47,073 nt of DNA, taken from positions 1 through 47,073 of the forward strand of contig JBBRNJ010000067.1 of NCBI GenBank assembly GCA_038230375.1. Direction: 5' to 3'. Below the pieces are notes generated by a model, which made no database searches, was not told where the DNA came from, and saw only the letters and a program-made list of their open reading frames with translations. Position 1 is the first letter of the stretch, and each line of letters begins with the position of its first letter. The stretch comes from Polyangiales bacterium. Lineage in GTDB: Bacteria > Myxococcota_A > Polyangia > Polyangiales > Polyangiaceae. Below, piece by piece: positions 1 to 11,283 of this stretch. The translations under genes and the position numbers were made by a program.

Positions 1-525
1 GCGAACAAGGCGAAGGTCATCGTCTTCACCGCGCGCCCCGGCATGGTCATCGGCAAGGGTGGCAAGGGCATCGAGACCCTGAAGATCGGCAACATCGGCA
101 CCGCCGCCAAGGGCGAGCCCCTGTTCGCCGGCGTCCAGTCCTTCACGGACAATGAAGTCTTCATCGACGTGCAGGAGGTCCGCAAGGCGGAGACCTCCGC
201 GCAGCTCGTCGCCGAGAACATCGCCGCTCAGCTCGAGCGCCGCGTGGCCTTCCGCCGCGCGATGAAGAAGAGCGTCAGCACCGCGATGAAGTTCGGCGCC
301 AAGGGCATCCGCGTTCGTTGCTCGGGTCGCCTCGGCGGCAGCGAGATGAGCCGCGTGGAGACCTACCGCGAGGGCCGCGTTCCCCTCCACACGCTCCGCG
401 CTGACATCGAGTACGGCCTTGCAGAGGCCCGCACCAAGTTCGGCATCATCGGGGTGAAGTGCTGGATCTTCAAGGGCGAGGTCCTCGCCCGACGCGTTCG
501 CAAGCCGATTGCAGGTGTTCTCTGA
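1..525 (+). CDS. rpsC: 30S ribosomal protein S3 (5'-truncated by window edge)
   Basis: Frame open from base 1; [13 protein letters not shown] motif, [40 protein letters not shown]. Confidence 0.98.
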   Translation, partial: ANKAKVIVFTARPGMVIGKGGKGIETLKIGNIGTAAKGEPLFAGVQSFTDNEVFIDVQEVRKAETSAQLVAENIAAQLERRVAFRRAMKKSVSTAMKFGAKGIRVRCSGRLGGSEMSRVETYREGRVPLHTLRADIEYGLAEARTKFGIIGVKCWIFKGEVLARRVRKPIAGVL

Positions 526-532
526 ACACCGC

Positions 533-569
533 CTGGGGGGAGCGCCAGCCGCTCCACCCCAGACCCCCC
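533..569. repeat. GC-rich palindromic (REP-like) intergenic hairpin
   Basis: CTGGGGGGAGCG (533-544) / CGCTCCACCCCAG (550-562), one bulge, followed by ACCCCCC. Confidence 0.45.
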
Positions 570-608
570 ACCCGCTTCCCTAGTTCACTAAGCAACCTGG
601 ATTAACCA

Positions 609-1028
609 ATGCTCTCCCCCAAGCGAACCAAGTTCCGCAAGATGCAGAAGGGCCACAATCGTGGCATCGCAGGCCGCGGTACGGACGTCTCCTTCGGCGA
701 CTTCGGCATGCAGGCGACCGAGTGCGGTCGTCTCACTGCCCGTCAGATCGAAGCGGCCCGTATGGCGATCACGCGTCACGTGAAGCGTCTCGGCAAGCTG
801 TACATCCGTGTGTTCCCGGATCGTCCGGTCACCAAGAAGCCCCTCGAAGTCCGCATGGGTGGAGGCAAGGGTGGCGTCGAAGAGTGGGCCGCCGACATCC
901 AGCCCGGTCGCGTCATGTACGAGATCCAGGGCGTCGAGGAGTCGATCGCACGTGAAGCGTTCCGCCTCGCAGGCCACAAGATCCCCGTTGCCTTCAAGTT
1001 TCTCGTTCGTGGAGCACTCACAGCATGA
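609..1028 (+). CDS. rplP: 50S ribosomal protein L16
   Basis: [33 protein letters not shown]; operon position. Confidence 0.98.
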   Translation: MLSPKRTKFRKMQKGHNRGIAGRGTDVSFGDFGMQATECGRLTARQIEAARMAITRHVKRLGKLYIRVFPDRPVTKKPLEVRMGGGKGGVEEWAADIQPGRVMYEIQGVEESIAREAFRLAGHKIPVAFKFLVRGALTA

Positions 1029-1351
1029 AAGCCAAAGACCTCCGAGAGCGCTCGGCTGAGGATCTGAAGGAGCTCGAGAAGAGCCTCCGCAAGGACCTCT
1101 TTCAGCACCGCTTCAAGAACTTCACCAACCGGCTCGACGACACGAGCCTCGTGCGCAAGACCAAGAAGGATCTGGCGCGCGTGATCACGCTGCTCGGCCA
1201 GACCGCAAAGGGCACCACGCCGGTCGCGGCAGAGAAGGCTCCCAAGGCGCCCAAGGCCGCGAAGCCCGCCAAGGCAAAGGCTGCTGCTCCCAACGGAGAT
1301 GCTGCTCCGAAAGCTGCGAAGAAGTCCCCGAAACCGAAGGCTGAGAAGTAG
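1025..1351 (+). CDS. rpmC: 50S ribosomal protein L29 with Lys/Ala/Pro-rich C-terminal tail
   Basis: MKAKDLRE...DLFQHRF...[11 protein letters not shown]; lies between rplP and rpsQ; ATGA overlap. Confidence 0.95.
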   Translation: MKAKDLRERSAEDLKELEKSLRKDLFQHRFKNFTNRLDDTSLVRKTKKDLARVITLLGQTAKGTTPVAAEKAPKAPKAAKPAKAKAAAPNGDAAPKAAKKSPKPKAEK

Positions 1352-1353
1352 TC

Positions 1354-1659
1354 ATGGTCGAGACCCAGAAAACCGCAGCCGCTGCCCCCGCAGCACACGA
1401 CGCGCACGGCTTCCGTCGCAAGATCATCGCCAAGGTGATCAAGGCGAAGATGAAGAAGACCGTCGTGGTCGAAACCATCATCGCTCGCCGCGATCCGCTC
1501 TATGGCAAGTACGTCCGGTCGCGCGTTCGCTACAAGGCGCACGACGAGACCAACCAGTACAAGGTCGGCGACGAGGTCGAGATCCAAGAGCACAGCCCCA
1601 TTTCACGAGACAAGCGCTTCATCGTGACGCGCCTCGTGAAGAAGTTCATCGAGGAGTGA
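1354..1659 (+). CDS. rpsQ: 30S ribosomal protein S17
   Basis: [38 protein letters not shown]. Confidence 0.97.
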   Translation: MVETQKTAAAAPAAHDAHGFRRKIIAKVIKAKMKKTVVVETIIARRDPLYGKYVRSRVRYKAHDETNQYKVGDEVEIQEHSPISRDKRFIVTRLVKKFIEE

Positions 1660-1669
1660 GAAGTACGCC

Positions 1670-2041
1670 ATGATTCAGATGCGCACCATTCTCGAGGTCG
1701 CTGACAACTCTGGCGCGAAGCGCGTCATGTGCGTCAAGGTCCTCGGCGGCTCACGCCGTCGCTACGCCACCATCGGTGACGTGATCGTCGTCTCCATCAA
1801 GGAAGTCGCCGGTACGGGTAACAAGGTGAAGAAGGGTGACACGGCCAAGGCCGTCGTCGTCCGCACCAAGCGCGAGCAGTCGCGCGCCGATGGCAGCTAC
1901 ATCAAGTTCGATGAGAACAGCGCTGTCCTCATCAACGCCCAGCTCGAGCCCATCGGCACGCGCATCTTTGGACCGGTCGCCCGCGAGCTCCGCGCCAAGA
2001 AGTTCATGAAGATCATCTCGCTCGCGCCCGAGGTTCTGTGA
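1670..2041 (+). CDS. rplN: 50S ribosomal protein L14
   Basis: [31 protein letters not shown]. Confidence 0.99.
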   Translation: MIQMRTILEVADNSGAKRVMCVKVLGGSRRRYATIGDVIVVSIKEVAGTGNKVKKGDTAKAVVVRTKREQSRADGSYIKFDENSAVLINAQLEPIGTRIFGPVARELRAKKFMKIISLAPEVL

Positions 2042-2409
2042 TGGCTTCCCGACTCAAGAAGGGCGACCTCGTCGTCGTCATCAGCGGCAAAGACAAGGGC
2101 AAGCAGGGCAAGGTTGCTCGCATCAACCACGAGGACGGAAAGGTCTTCGTGGAGGGCATCAACCTGATCAAGAAGCACCTGAAGCCCAACGCACGCAACC
2201 AGCAGGGCGGCATCCTGGAGCGCGAAGCAGCGATCTTCTCCAGCAAGGTGCAGCTCGTGGACCCCAAGACCGGCACGGCCACGCGCGTCAGCTTCAAGAC
2301 CGACGCAAAGGGTCACCCCGTTCGCGTCGCGAAGAGCGGCGAAGAAATCCAGTCGGCAAAGCGCGTCAAAGCAGGCGCAGCGGCCGACGCGGCCGAAGAG
2401 AAGAAGTGA
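2041..2409 (+). CDS. rplX: 50S ribosomal protein L24
   Basis: KKGDLVVVISGKDKGKQGKV KOW motif; TGATG overlap with rplN. Confidence 0.97.
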   Translation: MASRLKKGDLVVVISGKDKGKQGKVARINHEDGKVFVEGINLIKKHLKPNARNQQGGILEREAAIFSSKVQLVDPKTGTATRVSFKTDAKGHPVRVAKSGEEIQSAKRVKAGAAADAAEEKK

Positions 2410-2417
2410 GTTGAGCC

Positions 2418-3104
2418 ATGTCTGAAGACAAACGCGAAGAGAAGGCCCCGAAGGCCGACAAGGGCGGCGGCAAGGACAAGGCCGGCGGCGACAAGCGCAA
2501 GGGCGGTCGCAGCGAGAACAACGAGCCCAGGGCGAAGGTCATCACGACCGTCGACGTCCAGGCTGCGCGCTTCCACGCCAAGTACACGAAGGACGTCATC
2601 CCCGCGCTCACCAAGCAGTTCGGTTACAAGAACCCGAACCAGGTGCCGCGGCTCCAGAAGATCGTCATCAACATGGGTCTTGGCGCTGCCGTCACGAACC
2701 CCATGATCGTGGACGCCGCGGTCGAAGAGCTCCGCGCCATCACTGGCCAGAAGCCGATCGTCACGCGCGCCAAGAAGGCAATCGCGAGCTTCAAGCTCCG
2801 TCAGGGCATCGCCATCGGCGCGATGGTGACGCTCCGCAAGGCCCGCATGTGGGAGTTCCTCGATCGTCTCGTGACGCTCGGCCTCCCGCGTACGCGCGAC
2901 TTCCGCGGCGTGTCCCGCAAGGCCTTCGACGGCAAGGGCAACTACACGCTCGGTCTCAAGGAGCAGATCATCTTCCCGGAGATCAACTACGACCGCATCG
3001 ACGTCATCAAGGGACTCAACGTCTCCTTCGTGACCTCGGCGCGCACGGACGACGAGGGGCGCGCGCTCCTCCAGTTCCTGGGAATGCCCTTCAGGGCTAC
3101 CTGA
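2418..3104 (+). CDS. rplE: 50S ribosomal protein L5 with charged N-terminal extension
   Basis: [38 protein letters not shown]. Confidence 0.98.
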   Translation: MSEDKREEKAPKADKGGGKDKAGGDKRKGGRSENNEPRAKVITTVDVQAARFHAKYTKDVIPALTKQFGYKNPNQVPRLQKIVINMGLGAAVTNPMIVDAAVEELRAITGQKPIVTRAKKAIASFKLRQGIAIGAMVTLRKARMWEFLDRLVTLGLPRTRDFRGVSRKAFDGKGNYTLGLKEQIIFPEINYDRIDVIKGLNVSFVTSARTDDEGRALLQFLGMPFRAT

Positions 3105-3154
3105 GACCAAACAAGATTTTCACCTAGTTACGACGCAGCGAAGAAGGAAGAGCC

Positions 3155-3340
3155 ATGGCACGTGCTTGTCAGTTTGCGAAGCTAAACCGCGCACCGAAGT
3201 TTGCGGTGCGCGCTCGGAGTCGCTGCAAGGTTTGTGGTCGCGCACGCGGCTACTACCGCAAGTTCGAGCTGTGCCGAATCTGCCTTCGTCTGTTCTCGCT
3301 TCGCGGCGAGATCCCGGGCGTTATCAAGGCGAGCTGGTAG
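3155..3340 (+). CDS. rpsN: 30S ribosomal protein S14, short zinc-binding (type Z) form
   Basis: 61 aa with CKVC...CRIC. Confidence 0.97.
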   Translation: MARACQFAKLNRAPKFAVRARSRCKVCGRARGYYRKFELCRICLRLFSLRGEIPGVIKASW

Positions 3341-3366
3341 GCCCAAGGACCAAGGGACAAAACCCA

Positions 3367-3771
3367 ATGATGACCGATCCCATCTCCGACATGTTGACCC
3401 GCATTCGCAATGCGTCGCTCGCGCGCCATGACCGCGCCGAGATGCCGCACTCCAAGTTGAAGGAGCACATTGCGGGTGTCCTCAAGGGCGAAGGCTTCCT
3501 CGACGACGTTCGCGTGAGCGACGGCGCCGACGGTGCCGGTATGCGCACGCTGACGCTCGTCATGCGCTACGGCCGCGACAAGACCGCTGCCATCGACGGC
3601 GTCCGTCGCGTGAGCACCCCGGGCCGCCGCGTCTACGTTCGCTACGACCACATCCCCCGGGTTCGCTCGGGCATGGGCGTCTCGATTCTCTCCACGAGCC
3701 GTGGCGTGATGACGGACAAGGAAGCCCGCAAGCAAAAGGTGGGCGGCGAGCTCATCTGCGAGATCTGGTGA
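3367..3771 (+). CDS. rpsH: 30S ribosomal protein S8
   Basis: MTDPISDMLTRIRNA, STPGRRVY, ILSTSRGVMTD, GGELICEIW; start placed at ATG 3367. Confidence 0.98.
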   Translation: MMTDPISDMLTRIRNASLARHDRAEMPHSKLKEHIAGVLKGEGFLDDVRVSDGADGAGMRTLTLVMRYGRDKTAAIDGVRRVSTPGRRVYVRYDHIPRVRSGMGVSILSTSRGVMTDKEARKQKVGGELICEIW

Positions 3772-3776
3772 CAGCC

Positions 3777-4388
3777 ATGACTGACAAAGCAAAAGATGTG
3801 AAGCCCACCGACGCCAAGGCGCCGAGCCTGAAGCTGTCACGCGTCGGCAAGCGGCCCGTTCCGCTTCCGAAGGGCGTCACCGCGACGGTCGCCAACGGCA
3901 AGATCGAGATCAAGGGACCCAAGGGCACCCTCTCTCGCACGCTCATCCCGAACGTCACCATCAAGGTCGAGGCCACTGGCATCACCGTCGTTCCGACCAT
4001 TCCCGGTCGTGACGGTGCGCGCTTCCAGGGGCTTGCCCGCTCGCTCATCAACGGCATGGTCAACGGCGCAGCCACCGGCTACACGAAGAGCCTGCAGCTG
4101 GTCGGCACGGGTTACCGCGCAGAGGTGAAGGGCCAGATCCTGAACCTTGCGCTCGGCTTCTCGCACCCGGTGAACTTCCCCATCCCCGCGGGGATGAAGG
4201 TCGAGATTCCCGTAGACTCCAAGGGCACCATGATCAACCTGTCCCACCCGGACAAGGAAGTGATGGGCCAGACGGCCGCGAAGATCCGCGGATTCCGTCC
4301 GCCGGAGCCCTACGGTGGCAAGGGCGTTCGTTACTTCGGTGAGAAGGTTCGCGAGAAGGCCGGCAAGGCTGGCAAGGGCGGAAAGTAA
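3777..4388 (+). CDS. rplF: 50S ribosomal protein L6
   Basis: SRVGKRPV, KGPKGTL, LVGTGYRA, RPPEPYGGKGVRY. Confidence 0.98.
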   Translation: MTDKAKDVKPTDAKAPSLKLSRVGKRPVPLPKGVTATVANGKIEIKGPKGTLSRTLIPNVTIKVEATGITVVPTIPGRDGARFQGLARSLINGMVNGAATGYTKSLQLVGTGYRAEVKGQILNLALGFSHPVNFPIPAGMKVEIPVDSKGTMINLSHPDKEVMGQTAAKIRGFRPPEPYGGKGVRYFGEKVREKAGKAGKGGK

Positions 4389-4397
4389 GGTTCCATC

Positions 4398-4757
4398 ATG
4401 GCTATGCAAATCGTCGGTCGGGAGCGCCGTAAGCTCCGCATTCGCCGCAAGATCAGCGGCACCTCAGAGCGTCCGCGCCTCACGGTCTTCCGTAGCGCGA
4501 AGCACATCTACGCGCAGGTCGTCGACGACGTGTCGGGCACCACGCTCGCTCATGTGTCCACGCTCTCGCGTGACGTCCGCACCGACATCGGTGAGGACCA
4601 CAAGTCCGGCGCGGCCAAGAAGGTCGGCACGGCGATCGCCAAGGCACTCGCTGCCAAGGGACTGAAGAAGGTCGTCTTCGACCGCAACGGCTATCTCTAC
4701 CACGGCCGCGTCAAGGCGCTGGCCGAGGGCGCTCGCGAAGGCGGGCTCGAGTTCTGA
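4398..4757 (+). CDS. rplR: 50S ribosomal protein L18
   Basis: [47 protein letters not shown]. Confidence 0.98.
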   Translation: MAMQIVGRERRKLRIRRKISGTSERPRLTVFRSAKHIYAQVVDDVSGTTLAHVSTLSRDVRTDIGEDHKSGAAKKVGTAIAKALAAKGLKKVVFDRNGYLYHGRVKALAEGAREGGLEF

Positions 4758-4847
4758 TAGGGCTCCACGCGGGCTCTGCTATCTGAAAGTTCTGTGTGTT
4801 TGGCTCTGCGTGGTTATTGAGAACCCCGCGGCCCGAGGAAGAGAATC

Positions 4848-5393
4848 ATGGCGTTCGAAGTCGAAGACGAGAAGCTCAAGGAGCGCATCATCCACATCAA
4901 CCGCGTGGCGAAGGTCGTCAAGGGCGGTCGTCGCTTCTCGTTCGCCGCGCTCGTCGTGGTGGGTGATGAGTCGGGTCACGTGGGCGTTGGCCTCGGTAAG
5001 GCGAACGAAGTGCCGGAAGCCATCCGCAAGGGCAACGACCAGGCGCGCAAGAACATGTTCAAGGTTCCGCTCATCGGCGCGACCATCCCGCACGAGGCGC
5101 TCGGTCACTTCGGCGCAGGCCGCGTGTTCCTTCGTCCGGCCTCGCAGGGAACGGGCGTCATCGCTGGCGGCGCAGTTCGCGCCGTCGTCGAGAGCGCAGG
5201 CATCCGCGACATCCTCTCCAAGTGCATCGGCAGCGCCAATCCGCACAACGTCGTTCGCGCCACCATCCAGGCCCTCCGCCAGCTGAAGAGCGTCGAAGAC
5301 ATCGCTGCAGCGCGCGGCAAGCAGCCGGGCGAGATCATCGACACCAACACGAAGAAGAACAAGAAAGGCGCTGCCCCGGTCGCCACGGCCTGA
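4848..5393 (+). CDS. rpsE: 30S ribosomal protein S5
   Basis: [37 protein letters not shown]. Confidence 0.99.
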   Translation: MAFEVEDEKLKERIIHINRVAKVVKGGRRFSFAALVVVGDESGHVGVGLGKANEVPEAIRKGNDQARKNMFKVPLIGATIPHEALGHFGAGRVFLRPASQGTGVIAGGAVRAVVESAGIRDILSKCIGSANPHNVVRATIQALRQLKSVEDIAAARGKQPGEIIDTNTKKNKKGAAPVATA

Positions 5394-5409
5394 GCACTGA
5401 ATAAACGCC

Positions 5410-5601
5410 ATGAAAGCGAAGCTTCGCGTCACCCAGATCAAGAGCGTCATCGGGCAATCGCACCCGATGTGCGCGACCATCCACGGCCTCGGCCTTCGTG
5501 GTCCGAACACGACCGTGGTCGTTGCGAACACCCCGTCGTTTCGCGGCGCGGTGAAGAAGGTCATTCACCTCTTGAAGGTGGAGGAGGTGGACAATGGCTG
5601 A
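5410..5601 (+). CDS. rpmD: 50S ribosomal protein L30
   Basis: [35 protein letters not shown]; position. Confidence 0.95.
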   Translation: MKAKLRVTQIKSVIGQSHPMCATIHGLGLRGPNTTVVVANTPSFRGAVKKVIHLLKVEEVDNG

Positions 5602-6076
5602 CACTCTGAGCAAGCTCCTCAAGCCCGAGGGCGCAACGTCCAAGAAGATCCGTCGCGGTCGTGGCGTGGGCTCCGGCCTTGGCAAGACTGCGGGTCGCGG
5701 ACAGAAGGGCCAGTACGCCCGGTCGCGCGGCTTCAAGCCCCACCACGAGGGCGGTCAGACGCCCCAGCACCGTCGCTTGCCCAAGCGCGGCTTCAACAAT
5801 GCGTTCGCCGCGACCATCGCGGAGGTGAACGTGGGCTCGCTCGAGATCTTCGCCGCAGGCGCCAAGGTCGACGAAGCAGCGCTCCGCGCACGCGGCCTGG
5901 TCAAGGGCGAATGCGACGGCATCAAGATCCTCGGGAAGGGTGACCTGACCAAGTCGGTTACCGTCACCGCACACTCCTTCTCCAAGGGTGCGGCCGAGAA
6001 GATCCAGAAGGCTGGCGGCAAGGCGCTTCTCGTTTCCACGATCATCGAAGCTCCGGCCAAGACAGCGAAGAAGTAA
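5594..6076 (+). CDS. rplO: 50S ribosomal protein L15
   Basis: [34 protein letters not shown]. Confidence 0.98.
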   Translation: MADTLSKLLKPEGATSKKIRRGRGVGSGLGKTAGRGQKGQYARSRGFKPHHEGGQTPQHRRLPKRGFNNAFAATIAEVNVGSLEIFAAGAKVDEAALRARGLVKGECDGIKILGKGDLTKSVTVTAHSFSKGAAEKIQKAGGKALLVSTIIEAPAKTAKK

Positions 6077-6079
6077 TCA

Positions 6080-7419
<1,340 letters not shown>

Positions 7420-7420
<1 letters not shown>

Positions 7421-8046
7421 TGCGACTGGTATTCGTCGGTCCGCCGGGGGCGGGCAAGGGCACGCAAGCCAAGTTCATCTGCGAGAAGTTCGGTATCCCG
7501 CAGATCTCCACGGGCGAGATGCTCCGCGCAGCCAAGACCGCCGGCAAGCTCCCCGCGGAGCTCGTGGACAAGATGGCTACGGGTGGGCTGGTCCCCGACG
7601 AGGTCGTCATCGGTCTCATCGCAGAGCGCACCACCCAGGAAGACGCCAAGAAAGGCTTCCTCCTGGATGGGTTTCCGCGCACGGTTCCCCAGGGCGAGGC
7701 GCTCGGCGCAATGCTCAAGGATCGCGGGCAGTCACTGAACGTCGTCCTGGCCCTGGATGTCCCCAGCGAGCTCCTCATCGAGCGCGCCGTCCTCCGCCGC
7801 ACGGACAAACGCACTGGACAGATCTACCACTTGAAGTATAACCCGCCGCCCCAGGGTGCGGACCTCGAGCATCGTGCGGACGACCATGAAGAGGTCGTGA
7901 AGACCCGTGTGGTGAACTACGAGAAGATGACCGCCGAGCTTTTGCCGTACTACGACAAGCTCGCTCTCCTGAGCCGGGTGAACGGCGTGGGGACGGTGGA
8001 CGAAGTGAAGGCGCGAGTGTTCTCCGCCATAGAGTCCAAAAAGTAA
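7420..8046 (+). CDS. adk: Adenylate kinase (Cys-less intermediate LID)
   Basis: GPPGAGKGTQA, ISTGEMLR, LLDGFPRT, RADD. Confidence 0.97.
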
Positions 8047-8095
8047 GAATCAAAGTAGTGGCAGCAAGAAGTAACCAAGGATCGAACGAAGCAAC

Positions 8096-8338
8096 ATGAG
8101 TGAACGTCGTGAGCGAAAAGAGCCGAAGGGCGACAAGCTCGAGTTCGATGGCGCCGTGCAGGAAGCCCTGCCGAATGCCATGTTCCGGGTGAAGTGCGAC
8201 AACGGTCTGGTCGTGCTCGCGACGATCAGCGGCAGGATGCGCCAGTTCTACATCCGAATTCTCCCAGGTGACCGCGTCACCGTCGAGGTCAGCCCCTACG
8301 ACCCGAGCCGCGGCCGCATCACGTATCGACACAAGTAG
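8096..8338 (+). CDS. infA: Translation initiation factor IF-1
   Basis: [43 protein letters not shown]. Confidence 0.98.
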   Translation: MSERRERKEPKGDKLEFDGAVQEALPNAMFRVKCDNGLVVLATISGRMRQFYIRILPGDRVTVEVSPYDPSRGRITYRHK

Positions 8339-8372
8339 CTAGCAACCGAGCAAACGAGCAAACGAGAGCGTC

Positions 8373-8486
8373 ATGAAAGTTCGTCCGTCCGTCAAAAAGA
8401 TCTGCGACAAGTGCAAGGTGGTTCGCCGCCGCGGCACCGTTCGCATCATTTGTGATAACCCGCGCCACAAGCAGCGCCAGGGCTGA
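8373..8486 (+). CDS. rpmJ: 50S ribosomal protein L36 (zinc-binding form; not in ORF track)
   Basis: Manual translation [37 protein letters not shown]. Confidence 0.98.
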   Translation: MKVRPSVKKICDKCKVVRRRGTVRIICDNPRHKQRQG

Positions 8487-8498
8487 AAGAAAAAGATC

Positions 8499-8888
8499 AT
8501 GGCTCGTATTGCAGGCGTTGACCTCCCGAAGCACAAGCAGATTGCATACTCCCTTCCGTACCTCTACGGGATCGGGCAGAAGCTCGCCAAGGAGCTCCTT
8601 TTGAAGGCGAACATCCCGCCGACAAAGAAGACCGAAGAGCTGACGGAGGGCGAGATCAAGCGCATCCGCGAGCTCCTCGAGACCGAGTACAAGGTCGAAG
8701 GCGATCTTCGTCGCGAAGTGCAGATGAACATCAAGCGTCTGATGGACCTCGGTTGTTACCGTGGCCTCCGTCACCGCAGGGGTCTGCCCGTCAACGGCCA
8801 GCGCACGCACACCAACGCTCGCACCCGCAAGGGTCCGCGCAAGGGCGTGCTCGCCCGCTCCGGCGGCGCAGCGCCGGCGAAGAAGTAA
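8499..8888 (+). CDS. rpsM: 30S ribosomal protein S13
   Basis: [38 protein letters not shown]. Confidence 0.99.
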   Translation: MARIAGVDLPKHKQIAYSLPYLYGIGQKLAKELLLKANIPPTKKTEELTEGEIKRIRELLETEYKVEGDLRREVQMNIKRLMDLGCYRGLRHRRGLPVNGQRTHTNARTRKGPRKGVLARSGGAAPAKK

Positions 8889-8932
8889 GTTTCCAGAGCT
8901 CATTCGAGTCAGCAGAGAAGTAGAGAGAGACC

Positions 8933-9364
8933 ATGTCGACCGCCAAGACCGCGAGCCCCGCTTCCACCGCAACGCCTGCCACCAAAGGCAAGCCGCAGAA
9001 GAAGAAGGTCAAGAAGAACATCGCGACCGGGATCGCGCACATCCAGTCCACGTTCAACAACACCACCGTGACGATCACGGATGTGAACGGCAACACGATC
9101 GCGTGGTCCTCCGCCGGCTCGCGTGGCTTCAAGGGCTCTCGCAAGAGCACTCCCTTCGCCGCGCAGCTCGCCGCCGAAGAGGCCGCACGTCGCGCCATGG
9201 AGCACGGCATGCGCAGCATCGCCGTCTTCGTGAAGGGCCCTGGCGCCGGCCGCGAGAGCGCGCTCCGCGCACTGCAGACCGCGGGCTTCAAGGTCACCTT
9301 GATCCGCGACGTCACGCCGGTCCCGCACAACGGCTGCCGCCCCCCGAAGCGCCGCCGCGTGTGA
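8933..9364 (+). CDS. rpsK: 30S ribosomal protein S11
   Basis: [38 protein letters not shown]. Confidence 0.99.
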   Translation: MSTAKTASPASTATPATKGKPQKKKVKKNIATGIAHIQSTFNNTTVTITDVNGNTIAWSSAGSRGFKGSRKSTPFAAQLAAEEAARRAMEHGMRSIAVFVKGPGAGRESALRALQTAGFKVTLIRDVTPVPHNGCRPPKRRRV

Positions 9365-9402
9365 TCTGAGTCCTGCGGGTCACGATACGTCACCACACGA
9401 AT

Positions 9403-9442
9403 GAGCCCCGCCGCCTGAGAAGGTCGCGGGGCTCTTCTCATT
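9403..9442 (+). terminator. Putative intrinsic terminator after rpsK
   Basis: GAGCCCCGC (9403-9411) / GCGGGGCTC (9426-9434) perfect 9-bp stem, then TTCTCATT (weak U-tract). Confidence 0.55.
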
Positions 9443-9523
9443 GGGTCGAAGGGAGGTCGGGTTCTTGTCGTCGTCGTTTCGTGGCCGTTGTCGTCTCTGC
9501 TCTCGCATGCGACGCTTGGGCTC

Positions 9524-10012
9524 ATGAAGTCAGTCTTCGCCTCGGCGCTCTTCGCATCGCTTCTCGCAGCCAGCCTCGCGTCGTCCGCGGCGTGCAACCT
9601 TGCGACCACGAGCATCTCGAGTTGCCACGACTCGTGCGACAAGATGGACGGCCTGAAGTGCGGCTCCACCGGCACGAAGAACCAGTGCTACGACGACTGC
9701 GACCAGGCCACGACGGACGGCATCTCCAGCTTCAACGAGTGCTCCACGAAGGCGGCGTGCGATCCTTCGTGTCGGAACAAGGTCGCCGGATTTGGACGGA
9801 TACCCTCTGGCGCTTCCGCGGATGACTGCACCAAGGCATGCACGAAGCTCGGGATGTGCGGCGGCGTTGCCCCGGCCGATGTCGCCGCGTGTGGCACGAG
9901 CTGCCAGAAGAACTCGTACCAATTCCAGGTCGACTGCGTGAACAACAACGACTGCACCGCGGTCGGCGTGACCTGCGGCGACCCTGTGCAGCTGGGCGCC
10001 CCTAAGCACTAG
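9524..10012 (+). CDS. Cys-rich putative lipoprotein with two 8-Cys repeats
   Basis: MKSVFASALFASLLAASLASSAAC signal/lipobox-like end; 17 Cys; GC3-rich codons. Confidence 0.8.
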   Translation: MKSVFASALFASLLAASLASSAACNLATTSISSCHDSCDKMDGLKCGSTGTKNQCYDDCDQATTDGISSFNECSTKAACDPSCRNKVAGFGRIPSGASADDCTKACTKLGMCGGVAPADVAACGTSCQKNSYQFQVDCVNNNDCTAVGVTCGDPVQLGAPKH

Positions 10013-10232
10013 ACAAATAGCGACGCCGTTTCCAAGAGTGCTCGCGCGGAGGGGCTGAGTGTGTCTGCGCGGTGACCAGCACTAGGTCTTGGGGATGTCG
10101 CACCTTGGAGGAGAACTTTTTCGAATCCATCGAGAATCGCGCGGTGTGTGTGCGCAGTCCCTCCTACTCCGCCTCACTGAAATCGCTTGGGCAGGTTGCG
10201 GGTCTGTCAAAAAGGGGGAGACTTCCGCCCGC

Positions 10233-11081
10233 GTGAACTCGCAGAGCCTTTCCAACGAACGCCACGTGTCGAAGCGCCTTCCCCCGCGAGGAGGCGCCAG
10301 CGTGCGTGATGTGCTCCAGGCCGCCGCGACGTACGCACCGTGCAGGATCGTCGAAGCCGACGAAGACCCGCCGTCGACGCAGCCCATGCCCCCGCAGCTT
10401 CGCGCGGCCGATGTCGCTTCCCCCACCGATGTCGCGTCCCCCGCTCCGGCTTGGCAGTCGCAGCTACGCTATCGCGCCGTTCCTCCGCCGCCGCGCCCCG
10501 CGTCTCCCACGCCGGTGGTTCCCTTCCGGGCCTACGGCTGGCAGCAGCCCGTCCCGAGCTCCGCGAACGCCGGCCCGAGCCACACCGATCCCCAGACCCA
10601 GGCGACCGACGAAGCGAAGCGCCACGACAGCTACTACCCCGTCGAGGTGCCGATCGATGGTGCCTACGGTGTCCGCGAGTCATCGATGTATCCTGCAGCG
10701 ACCAACGCGCAGGCCCGCGCTGCGATCGCGTGGGCGCTCGTCGGCCTTGCCGTGTTCGCGATCGTCCTGGGCTTCCTGATGGTCGCCGACAAGGCGCGCC
10801 ACGGCCAGCTCAGCCAGCTCAGCCAGCTAGGCGTGGGCGTCCGCGACAGCCGTCCGATCGCCGCCACCGAGCTGCCGAGCCTCCTGCGCATCGCCCCCAC
10901 CACTCCTCTGGAAGCGAAGGCGCAACCGAAGGCGATGTCGAACACGGTTGTCGCGGCCGCTGCCGTGCACCAGGACGCACGCGGCGTGGACCCGGCCGAC
11001 CTTCCCGATTCGAAGGGCATCGACATCGCCACGCTGCCCCTGGCGCCCGTCCGCCCGCAGCACGCCCGCACCTTGCGCTGA
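10233..11081 (+). CDS. Pro-rich single-pass membrane protein (start uncertain; frame open from 10089)
   Basis: Pro-rich N-part; TM AAIAWALVGLAVFAIVLGFLMV; GTG 10233 preceded by AAGGGGGAG. Confidence 0.7.
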   Translation: MNSQSLSNERHVSKRLPPRGGASVRDVLQAAATYAPCRIVEADEDPPSTQPMPPQLRAADVASPTDVASPAPAWQSQLRYRAVPPPPRPASPTPVVPFRAYGWQQPVPSSANAGPSHTDPQTQATDEAKRHDSYYPVEVPIDGAYGVRESSMYPAATNAQARAAIAWALVGLAVFAIVLGFLMVADKARHGQLSQLSQLGVGVRDSRPIAATELPSLLRIAPTTPLEAKAQPKAMSNTVVAAAAVHQDARGVDPADLPDSKGIDIATLPLAPVRPQHARTLR

Positions 11082-11145
11082 GTTGGGCGCTGAGTTGGGC
11101 GCTGAGTTGGGCGCTGAGTTGGGCGCTGAGTTGGGCGCTGAGTTG
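11075..11145. repeat. Tandem repeat (GCGCTGAGTTGG) x5.9
   Basis: Five perfect 12-bp units plus an 11-bp partial; first unit contains the upstream gene's TGA. Confidence 0.95.
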
Positions 11146-11224
11146 CGCTGGAGGGTGGGCTGAACGGAGCCTGCGCGCGTGTGCAGCTCTCGCTCGAGAG
11201 TCCGAACGCATGCGTCGGGGAAGC

Positions 11225-11252
11225 TTGCAATTTTCCCGCCCTCTACTAAAAG
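11225..11252 (+). promoter_or_regulatory. Possible sigma70-type promoter for rpsD-rpoA-rplQ
   Basis: TTGCAA, 16 bp, TAAAAG, then a GC-rich stretch; -10 lacks the conserved final T. Confidence 0.4.
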
Positions 11253-11283
11253 CCGCTTCCCCCGTGCCCTTTCTGGGCACACG

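Noticed and set aside
8338..8370. Short (CGAGCAAA)-like repeats before rpmJ, and CCAAGG repeats at 3343-3356
   Set aside because: Two to three copies of simple slippage repeats with no further evidence of function
11075..11145. Possible CRISPR array
   Set aside because: 12-bp head-to-tail units with no spacers, and no cas genes
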